A DNA stretch of 62,873 bases, counting the filler, from Dugesia japonica (taxonomy: Eukaryota), in NCBI GenBank assembly GCA_001938525.1. It is 5 parts of 5 records of this genome, joined end to end, with 100 filler letters (N's around TTAATTAATTAA, not from the genome) between each part and the next. Parts side by side here need not be neighbours in the genome. Positions count along the whole stretch, not along the records: positions 42,422 to 53,818 come from MQRL01241108.1; positions 53,919 to 62,873 come from MQRL01526990.1; 3 more parts are not named here. The stretch is one strand, 5' to 3'. Of the stretch, positions 52,283 through 62,873 are shown piece by piece (position 1 is the first letter of the stretch; each line of letters starts with the position of its first letter). The notes beneath the pieces were generated by a model, which saw only the letters and a program-made list of their open reading frames with translations, made no database searches and had not been told where the DNA came from. The translations under genes were made by a program, and so were the position numbers.

Positions 52283-52500
52283 ATGTCAATATAAAGAAAA
52301 GAACTAAATGATGAAATACGCACAATAATCTGTAGAACATACGATCATGGTAAGTCAATTAGACATATTTCAAATGACGAAGAGATTCCATATTCGACGG
52401 TTGCATCAGTTATTAATACTTTTTAAAGCATCCGATAGAACATTTTCAAAAAATAATCAACAAGAAAGAAAGAAAACTCTTGACGATTCAGATGTAAACC
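52283..52500 (+). mobile_element. Tc1/mariner transposase N-terminal HTH relic
   Basis: RKELNDEIRTIICRTYDHGKSIRHIS..EIPYSTVASVI. Confidence 0.65.
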
Positions 52501-53756
52501 GCGAAAAAATTCGAAATTGATAACGATATCTTGAAAAAATTAACAGAACTCAAACACCCATTACGAACAAGTAATTAAAGCTACATTTTTCATTAATAAA
52601 CGATAATTTAATAACGGTATTTGTTTTTTATTTGATTTGATTAAATTTTTATAAGAAAATAAATATTTCGTTATAATTTTATTTGAATAGCCATTATTTA
52701 GGAATTTATTTTTTAGCAGGTTGAGAGTAACAAATATTTATCTTTCCTTTTAATTGGAATCTTTAAACTAATATTTAACAACTGTAAATAATTCTAACTA
52801 CAAAAATATTTACACATATTCATAATTGTTTTACAATTACAATTATTACGAGAATAATTGTTGGACATAACTATTGATCGTTTTATAGAATTCATTTAAA
52901 ATAAAAGCTTCGATAAAAAGTTTTGTTTTTTTTTTGGTTTTTTGAGATAAATTAAATATTTCGACTTTGTCTTCGTCAGAAATTGGCTTTTTTTTTAAAA
53001 AGAATTTTTAAAAATATTTTGTCAATTAAAAAATTTGTTTGTCAAATATAAAATATTTCGTCAAATAAAAATTATTCATAAATATATATTTATTAAGAAA
53101 TTGTAATCATTATTTAATACTTGCATTACAATTTTAAAAATTATTTAAAATATTTTTTAAAACCACCTAAAAATCAATAAAAAAAACTCCAAATTCGTTG
53201 AAATTCCAATATAAATATATAAAATGTGAAAAATATGAATTTTGCATTAAATAAATTAATAAAAATATTTTTGGCATTTTCACTCCAGTAAAAAGATGAG
53301 AAATTAAGAAAATTGTAAAACAAAAAAAATTTACTAATTTAATTTAAAAAAATTTAATTTTCTAGACTTACGCAGTGCTAAAAATATCCGATCAAAATTT
53401 TTCGGTCTGTCAAATCATAATTCAAAAAAGTTTGGATGAATCATTTCGGTTGACGTTTAATTAAGATGCATATTTGTTGTGGTTTACTCAAGATTTATTT
53501 CAATTCTTTTAATGGACTTGCTGATTAATTGTTTTACAACGGTTGGGATCCTATCATTTCTTTGGATATATTAATCAACAAAGAATTTTAATTAATGCAG
53601 CTGGAAAAGTGACTTACTAACACTTTCCAATCACTCAATTATTTGCTGATTATTTTCATCACATTTTTGATTAATATTTTACTTCAGGATTTTTGAGAAC
53701 AGAATTAATCATATTTTCCTTCATTCAATTTGGTTATTTCAATGTTTTATTATTAA

Positions 53757-53796
<40 letters not shown>

Positions 53797-53944
53797 TATT
53801 ATTATTATTATTATTATTNNNNNNNNNNNNNNNNNNNNNNNNNNNNNNNNNNNNNNNNNNNNTTAATTAATTAANNNNNNNNNNNNNNNNNNNNNNNNNN
53901 NNNNNNNNNNNNNNNNNNTAATAATAATAATAATAATAATAATG

Positions 53945-53988
<44 letters not shown>

Positions 53989-54221
53989 TATTTATTTTTA
54001 TTTCCTGAAGATAAAATCAAAAATTTAGAAAAAATAAAAAACGCTCTTTGAAAAGTTTTTGTTACTTTAATAAAAATAATAAAAAAAACATTTTTTTGAA
54101 ACTTTTTTGATCTACGCCTTAGTAATTTTGAAATTATTTAATTTTTTTAATAATAATAATAATAATAATAANNNNNNNNNNNNNNNNNNNNNNNNNNNNN
54201 NNNNNNNNNNNNNNNNNNNNN

Positions 54222-54261
<40 letters not shown>

Positions 54262-55374
54262 CATAATAATAATAATAAGAATATTATTTCATAACAATGT
54301 ATAAAATTTATCATAAAAAATGAAATAAAACAAAAAAATTTAAATAATTTCAGTATGTTTATAGTTAAAATTATGAGTACAATCTTTACGGACTTTGTTT
54401 ATTCTAAATATTTAACAGACTCTTTTGATTGAACAATATTTTCTATAAAGAAGATAAATTATTCACAATTTATTTACATATTGTTAACACAATCGATAGT
54501 TTTCAATCTACTCAATTACAAAATAATTATATTTTATCTAAATAGGCTTGTTTTTATCCATAAACTGAGCTGAATTTCTGTGTTATGTGAAATATAATTA
54601 GAATTTTTCGATATATAATTGTCATCGGAATTCTGATCTATCTGTAATTCCAGTCATTAAACTTTGGAAATTAGTGGTATTAAAGTTGATTAAAAGATTT
54701 ATATGACATTTATTTATTTAGTTATTCTTATTTTATTAACAGAAACTATTATATTTTCTATTCGTCTAAAAGGAATAATGGATTCGTTAAATTTAGATTA
54801 ATAGGGGCTAGACTTTCAATTTAAATACATGTGTAAAATATAATATATAACTTAATCAAGAAAAATAATTCATTAACTACTTTTCCTGAAATATTGAATA
54901 ATCTAATAAAATAGAAAGTATGATCTTTGCATCTTGAAAGAGTTTTATTTGATAAATACAGATTAATGATAAACAAGTGGAAAACATTAATTAAAAAAAA
55001 CGGTAATTTTCCAATTCACATATTTCATTTGATATGAATTATTTTAAAAACCTTTTTCTCCGAATAGTGAATGTGTTCTTTTTAATATATAATAATATAT
55101 AATAATAATAATGTTATTAATAATAATAATAAATAATAGTAATAATAATTATATTGAATAATAAAAATTAAATTGATATTTATTAATAATTTAAAATTAC
55201 TCTTGTCATTTTCTTTCAATTAAAAACTTAACTTTTATTTCTTGTTTCTGACTTATGCTAATATATCATATATCCGTTTCTTCAATATTCAAAATTGTGA
55301 TAATACTATTTTACATTTTTAATCCATTTAAATATATTGATAAAAAATATGTTTATCTTTCTTAATTTTTTCAG

Positions 55375-55483
55375 TGACTTATTTTCGTCTACTATTTCAT
55401 ATTTGATTCGCGCATATAAATCTCAAGGAAAACTGTGTGAAGCAGATCTTTTGGAAGATTGGCTATCTCGATCTATCAAACAA
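55375..55483 (+). CDS. Internal exon resembling the last TPR of kinesin light chain
   Basis: TTTCAG| ... |GTAACT; DLFSSTISYLIRAYKSQGKLCEADLLEDWLSRSIKQ resembles KLC T..L..LYRRQGK.EAA..LED.A.RSRKQ. Confidence 0.5.
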
Positions 55484-55917
55484 GTAACTNNNNNNNNNNN
55501 NNNNNNNNNNNNNNNNNNNNNNNNNNNNNNNNNNNNNNNNNNNNNNNNNNNNNNNNNNNNNNNNNNNNNNNNNNNNNNNNNNNNNNNNNNNNNNNNNNNN
55601 NNNNNNNNNNNNNNNNNNNNNNNNNNNNNNNNNNNNNNNNNNNNNNNNNNNNNNNNNNNNNNNNNNNNNATTAATATTGAATTTGTTGAAGTTAAAGAAA
55701 CAACTAATATTCAATATAATATTTATTTAGATTTTAGAAAAAATTTTAAGAGAAAATAGACATAATTTTTAGACATATTTTATTTTCTAGTTTATTTCGA
55801 AATTTCTATAACTTATTGATTTCTTAAATCATCCAATGAATATAATTAGATAAAATAAATAAAAGTAAGATAATAATAGTATTAATAACAATAATAATAA
55901 TAATATTAATAATAATA

Positions 55918-55960
<43 letters not shown>

Positions 55961-57820
55961 NNNNNNNNNNNNNNNNNNNNNNNNNNNNNNNNNNNNNNNN
56001 NNNNNNNNNNAAAATATTAATAATGATATTAATAGTAATATTAATAGTAATAATAACAATAAAAGTCTCTATTCGACTAAATAATTAAAAGTTATTTTGA
56101 TTTCTGTAGTATGACAGCAACAGATGTAAAGAATTATGTAGTAAAAACTACGATAGTTGGAGNNNNNNNNNNNNNNNNNNNNNNNNNNNNNNNNNNNNNN
56201 NNNNNNNNNNNNCGTTCAGTCCAAATATGCGAGTAGGTTAAATCATAGGAATGTCGTTTATCTTTTCGGACTGATTACTAGCATGCTTTTTTAAATCTGA
56301 GAATAAATAGTGCATGATTTTAATGACTTTTTCTATGATTAATATGTTCCCACAATTGGTTGAGTTGGCAGCATTGATTCCATTTAAGGATTATTTGAAT
56401 TTTTATTTCCCGAAATCTGTCATTCAATCTGTAGATTATATCTTGCTATTTCCGCTTTTATTAAATAAATTAGGTTGGGAGATTTCTGATTAAGATGCGG
56501 TTTATTGTTCCTTTTCTATTGTCGGATGTTATTCATAGGAGAGTATGGATGGTAGCTGCTGCAATAGCGGAAATATGATTTTTATATAATGACAACTTAA
56601 ACAATATAAATTAATAATAATTTTTATTGAATTTTCACATTGCTCTTTCTAAATATTAGTGATCATAATTTTTTTTTGAAAACAAATTTCACGAAGAAAT
56701 TTTCGGAGAATTCTTTACATTATTGAAAAAATCTTTTAATAATTAAGCCAATTAAACGAATTATTACAGGAATTTTTTTTTGATTAGATCTAATTTTTTT
56801 CAAGTTTATTATCTATTAAATAAATCAGGATTGTTTTTAATTTCAAATTATTTCGAACGATGATTAATTCTAAAATTTAGTTTAATTGAGAAATTCTTGA
56901 AAATATTTTCTTTATAGATTGCAATTAATTATCGTAATTGCCAAAGAAGTTCTTTAGATAGAAAAAAAATAACTATAAATTAAAAAAAATTAATATTTTA
57001 AATTTCTTTTTAAAAGAAACTAGAAATACTGCCTATAAAAGGTAATTCTGTAATGAAAAATTAATAAAACTAAAATTTATAATTATAAATTTTTTATTGT
57101 TAAAATTATTTGCTGTAAAATACTTGTCAGTAAATTTAGTTTTTATAATTTATAATAATAAAACAATCAACCAAAACGATTGACNNNNNNNNNNNNNNNN
57201 NNNNNNNNNNNNNNNNNNNNNNNNNNNNNNNNNNNNNNNNNNNNNNNNNNNNNNNNNNNNNNNNNNNNNNNNNNNNNNNNNNTATATATATAATTTATTT
57301 AAATTTATATAGATATTATTAATTCACTGGAAATCGCAATCTATTGGATTTATTACTTTAAAGATTCATCGCATCTATCGTAATTAATTTAAACGAATTT
57401 TATAAACAATTTGAGTTACAAAAATAAAATTAATATTAAAAATTAAAACAATAAAATTTTATGATATTAAATGATATATAATAAATTTATTTGGAAATTA
57501 TTTTATTATTTATTGTCAAAATTATTCTAATAAGTTGAGTTGTATTCTATTTTCTAAAATAATTTAAATACATATTGAAATATTTGATTTTAATTGATTG
57601 TTAAAGTAATTTAACTTTTATTTTAATTTAGAATTTCAAATAAAAATTGCATGTAATATTTTTAATTATTTATTCAATTAAGCAATCTTCACTCACAAAA
57701 TAATTTTATAAAATACATTTTATAAGACAAAATTTGAGAATAATTTCTTAAGTAAAATCATTCTTATAATGAAATTCTTTTTCAAAAAAAACCATTAAAA
57801 TTTTAAATTAATTTAATAAT

Positions 57821-58201
57821 TGAAAGGTAGTTTTTAAAAGCAGATTTAATTTTTCGTATTTTGAGGCGGAATTTTTGAAATCAGTTTGTTAGTTGTTTGT
57901 TTGTTTTTTAAATAAGAAAATAAGATAAAATATATATAATGTATTTTTAAATTTGAAATTTAATAAATTGTGGATAAATTAAAATAAGATAAAATTTACA
58001 AAATTTATTTTTAAAATTTGACATTATATAAATTTTAAAATGTTTTACAAATACTGATATTTGATGTTTTCCATTTAGAATATAAAATTTTAAATTTGTT
58101 TGAAAAAAAATTTATATGTATAATTTTTGTTTTAATAAATCTTGTAATGAATTCGAGTTCTGATATTAATGATCCGATAAGTATTCCGAACTCATCTAAC
58201 A
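57821..58201 (+). repeat. 5' LTR (TG...CA)
   Basis: Matches 62332-62490 and ends TAACA immediately before the PBS. Confidence 0.85.
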
Positions 58202-58213
58202 TGGTAGCAGCGG
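58202..58213 (+). promoter_or_regulatory. Primer binding site, initiator tRNA-Met type
   Basis: TGGTAGCAGCGG directly after the LTR's CA; the complement of the animal tRNAiMet 3' end begins TGGTAGCAGAGG. Confidence 0.75.
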
Positions 58214-61200
58214 TAAACACCGATGCAAGCACAGAAAGATTTTTGCTAAAAATATTTTGCAGTGGCGATGATCTAGAGAAGTTTATTAAACGGTGTGAAA
58301 TATAGTTCGAGGCGAAGAACATCGTTATTAAGAAAGATCAGGAGCGCTTGATAACATGTATGCGTGATGAAGATTTAATTGAAGCATATGTGAAAACATT
58401 GAAGAAAGCGGATGGATATCGAGAGAGATTGCGATTAGCTTTTGAAAGCAAGACATAATAAAAGATTTACAGAATCTTGTAAGCTATCGTCGTAGTGGTG
58501 AAGAACTTGAAGTGTTTTTTAAAAAAGTGGAAGACTTGGTCGATAAATATTTTACTAATGGAGAACTGACGAAAGAAAAATTCTTATCAAAAATGCTAAT
58601 AATTTGTGCAGATAGTAAAAAAGTATAAGAGATGATCATGCAAAAATTTGAGAAAGTAGAAGATATAAAAGAAACGTTATTCTTGGTTGAAAAAATTAAA
58701 AGAAGAGAACCTATTAACGTAGTAAAGAGTTACGTGGGTGTAACACGTGGAAAAGGTACTGGAGAGAGGAGACAAAATATCGAGATAGTTACGAAAAGAA
58801 CAGAGCCACAGTGTTGGACATGCCAGAGTTATGAGCACACAAAAAGAGAGTGTCCAAAAAATTCACAAGTGTAATGATGGACTTGCCACAAAAAGGGCAT
58901 TTAAGTAGAAAGTGTCCAGACTAGCAGCCACAAAATGTTTTGGATGTAGTAAGATTGGTCATATCAGAAGGATGTGCACAGATATTATATGCGGTATATG
59001 TAAAAGACTAGGTCGCAGAGCGGAAGAATGTTATTCGAACATTAATAAACCAAGACTAGAAGAGAGAAGATAAAATTCTAAAAGCGGTCAACAAACAAAA
59101 GAGTGGAGCCGAACCAAAATTCATGCCATTCGAGAAGAGTATGATAATCAGAATGAAGAGATATTTTCTGGGAGCATAATAGAAATTAAACATCCGAGAA
59201 GAGAATACTCAAAAGCCAGGGCTCTATTAGTAAAGGAGTTGGTCGGAGCCATTCTATAAAAGAGATGCCGTTTGATTATTCTCAGGAGTCCAAGAAATGG
59301 AATGAGACGAGTAAAGTGAGAGGAAAAGTTCACAGATTTTTAAAAATAAAAAGTTTCAATGATGCGGAAGTTAACAAAGCAGAAGTGATAGGAACAATTG
59401 AAGAGAAACAGAACGTAGAAATTTCGTAGGATACAATGCAAGGGAGACCTAGCATTTCACTGATGATCAAGGATGAACAGTTTGATTGTTTGTTAGATAC
59501 ATGAGCAAGAATAAATGTAATGAGTATGAAAGGATTTAGTAGACTCGGAGAAACAATGTTAGAGAAAAGCGAGGAACGATTGCATTGTGCGAATAACAGT
59601 TCATTGGAGACAATTGGAAAGATACGTGTGGATGTTGAAGTTTCAGAGGTGTGCAAGGAAGTAGCATTTATAATAGTTGAGAAATTAATACCAGATCTAA
59701 TTGGTGGAGTGGAATTTCAAAATATTTTTTGGTATCATNNNNNNNNNNNNNNNNNNNNNNNNNNNNNNNNNNNNNNNNNNNNNNNNNNNNNNNNNNNNNN
59801 NNNNNNNNNNNNNNNNNNNNNNNNNNNNNNNNNNNNNNNNNNNNNNNNNNNNNNNNNNNNNNNNNNAAATCGTAGATTGACTGCGATTATTCAGAATAAT
59901 GAGGATGTATTTATGGCGGATAAATAGCACATTAGATGCACACATTTAACGAAGCATCAAATAATCACTAAAAGAGGTCCAATCAACATAAAACCGTATC
60001 GTCAACCAATAAATCTAGAAGAGAATATTGAAGAAGCCATTAAGAATCTGTATGATAACGGTATCATTCGGAAGTGTAATTCTCAATGGAATACNCCATT
60101 AATCTGCGTTTGGAAAAAGGAAAAAAAGGATATATGATTATGCTTAGACTTTAGACAGCTCAATGTAATAACAGAAAGACAAGCTTTTCCTATGCCAAAT
60201 GTGGAATAAATGCTGAATGCTTTGGAATGTACACATTATTTTAGCTCAATACACTTGGGAAATGCATACTATTAAGTGGAACTCATTGAAAATTCTCAAG
60301 AGTAGACGGCTTTTTCGACCAAACAAGGGCAATTTTGTTTCAAATACATTTAGAATACATTTTGAAATCTCAGCAACACCAGGTACGTTCCAGGAAATGA
60401 TGATTAAAGTGATCGAGAAAATAAAAGGAGCGATAGTTTATCTAGACGATATTCTCTTATTTACCAATACATAGAAGCAACACTATGAAATAGTCAATAA
60501 AGTATTAACAGAAATTAAGAATGCTGGTCTAATAGTTAATCCGGAGAAATGTCAATTCATACGAAAGGAGATCAAATTTTTGGGACACGTTATCAGTAAG
60601 TCGGTGTCAAAACAGGTCAAACTAAAATAGAAGCAATTAAGAACTTTGGTAAACCAAAATGCGTTAAGAAAATGAGAAGCTTTTTGGGAATTTGAAATTA
60701 CTATCGCATGTTTATTAAAGATTATTCGAAAAAACCCAGATTGTTTTAGTAGGCCGAATATCAAGAAAATTGAATGAGCGAACGAATTAGAAAAAGTTTT
60801 TAATGTAATGAAAGAATCACTAATTATGTCTCCAATATTATGTTTTCCAGATACAAATAGAGGATTTATTTTGGACACGGACGCCAGTATTGATACGATT
60901 GGGGAAGTCCTAACTCAAATCGACAACAATCGGCAAGAAAGAGTAATTGCATATGGGTCACACGCAATAATGAGTCACGAGAAAGGATATTGTTTTACGC
61001 GGAAAGAAATACTCGCAATTTACTACTTTTGTATTCATTTCAAACATTACTTAGATGGGAAGAGATTTATCCTCAGAACAGACCATNNNNNNNNNNNNNN
61101 NNNNNNNNNNNNNNNNNNNNNNNNNNNNNNNNNNNNAAGCTATCACTTTTATGCTAAATACCAAGAAACCGATCACATCACAGTTTTAAACTTGGATTAA

Positions 61201-62331
61201 TAATTGGAGCAGTCTAGATATAAAATTGGAATATTGAAAAGGATCGCTTCATACAAATGCGGATATGTTGTTTCAAGGAGTAAAATGTGATACATGTGTA
61301 CAATGTGTAATGAACACATGAAGATCCCAAAAGTGGAAAATTAAAAACAAGGATGTTAAATACAGTAGATATTCAAGATAAACAAGTCAATTTTGGTGAA
61401 AATGGTGAAGGAATACCTGATGATAAAGTAGAAGAGGTTATAATGAGGATACATCATCTTTTGTGTCATGCTGGAGTAGAAAAGGTTGCAGTGTATATGA
61501 AGCATAAATATAACACGAAACATTTTTGAAGCAAAAAACAAGAGGTTGTCCGAAGCTGTATAACATGCCAGAAAGCTAAATTGGTAACAACAAAAACGAA
61601 GAAAAAACGAACTGTTTGAACTGCTATTTATAAATGCTTGTGGACAGGAGACAAGAGGCCGACAAAATTATGTTCTCGGTATAATAGATCAATGCTAGAT
61701 CAATGATANCAATAACAAGACAAGATGAAGATGCCATACGGAAGATAATAATGGAGAAGTGGATATTAAAGTTCGAGTTTCCGAGAGAAATTTGAGTTGA
61801 TTGTGGAAGAGCATTTGATTCTAAAGCAATGAAAGATTTTGCACCTGAATAAAGAATTGGCCTCAGGTTTTCGAGTCCACATCATCATAACACAAATGGA
61901 CAAATCGAGAGACAGTTTAGAACTATGCAGGAAATGATTAATGCAACCCTTAAAGAAAGGAAAACCTCAGATTGAGCTGATGTATTGCCAGAGATACAAT
62001 TTACTTTGAATGCTACAAAATAGAAAGCCATCGGGCAAAAGCCCTGCTTAAATCGTATTTGGGAAGAAAATAAGCAGAGAAAAATATTACGAAACAGATA
62101 CTCAAAAAGTGCACAAAGAGCAAGGTGAAGAGAAACTAACTAAAAGATAATTCGAGGTCGGTGATGAGGTCTTAGTGAAAGTCGAAACAAGAAACANGAA
62201 CCAAGATCGTTTCGAAGGACCCTATAAGATCAAGAGGAAAGTTCACGACAGTCGTTACATCCTGGAAAATACAAATGAAAAAAGTCTTGAAAGAAATGTA
62301 GAGAAGATCAAAAAATTTCTTAAAAAGGGGA

Positions 62332-62490
62332 TGAAAGGTAGTTTTCAAAAGCAGATTTAATTTTTTGTATTTTGAGGTTGAATTTATTGAAATCAGTTTG
62401 GTAAATATTTAAATAAGAAAATAAGATACAATATATGTAATGTATTTTTAAATTGTGGATAAATTACAATAAGGTAAAATATATATAATA
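62332..62490 (+). repeat. 3' LTR (truncated or diverged)
   Basis: Homologous to the start of the 5' LTR and preceded by the PPT. Confidence 0.85.
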
Positions 62491-62873
62491 TTTTATTAAA
62501 AGAAAATTAATCATATATTTCGGTTTTACATGAAAAATATCATTCGTCGGCTTAACACAACAATGTTAAAAAAATCATTTCTCTTTTCACGTAAATTTGA
62601 TTCTAGAATAAAAGAATTTTATGATAATTCTTTCCTTTTGTTTAATCATTGAAAATGTTATTTGTTTTATATTTATTCTTTTTTACAATATTAATTATTA
62701 TCTCAACTAATTTTATTGAACGGTTAACGTGGCCTTTCTTTCCGTTTCTCATTTCAAGTAATGCGTGTTTATTTCTTTCTTGAGTAAAACAATAGAAAAA
62801 ACAATGCTTTTACTAACTATAAATACATATAATCTAGATCAGGGTAAAATTTATTGAACAAAAAATTCTTTCA

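Larger units (their letters stand above)
57821..62490 (+). mobile_element. Nearly full-length but inactivated Ty3/Gypsy LTR retrotransposon
   Basis: LTRs start TGAAAGGTAGTTTT at 57821 and 62332; gag with CCHC knuckles, LDT*A protease, YLDDIL, DTDAS, RTDH, integrase, FEGPY; PPT AAAAAGGGGA before the 3' LTR. Confidence 0.95.

Noticed and set aside
54004-54032. CTGAAGA-TAAA..TTTA-GAAA hammerhead-like string
   Set aside because: AT-only stem with no stem I/III or cleavage triplet; expected by chance.
56213-56580. Possible Penelope C-terminal relic on the minus strand (ends FGLN)
   Set aside because: Too degraded to support with recognisable motifs.

Overview
This is AT-rich eukaryotic (metazoan-type) DNA with short GT-AG introns and (AAT)n microsatellites. 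It is not one locus: four artificial N44-TTAATTAATTAA-N44 spacers join five scaffolds (1-20701, 20802-32404, 32505-42321, 42422-53818, 53919-end). Most of it is decayed transposon sequence: several Ty3/Gypsy elements (one nearly complete, with both LTRs and a PBS), MULE, hAT (including a MITE with a perfect 8-bp TSD), Tc1, piggyBac-like, Penelope-like pieces with hammerhead ribozyme motifs, and Polinton-type DNA polymerase relics. Host genes include a multi-exon Exo70/EXOC7 gene and a kinesin-light-chain-like exon. The standout is a ~13 kb degenerate giant Ty3/Gypsy element (~1541-14900) laid out like a complex retrovirus. It has a very long TG-starting terminus (head-to-head with a diverged sister copy), small upstream ORFs, protease fused in frame to the RNase H tail (RT deleted) and integrase. 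Its 3' cargo comprises a tandemly duplicated Cys-rich domain, an env-like type I membrane protein with a PPxY motif, coiled-coil ORFs and an intron-containing BIR-BIR-RING inhibitor of apoptosis. All calls come from manual reading and motif recognition; no searches were run and most coordinates are approximate.
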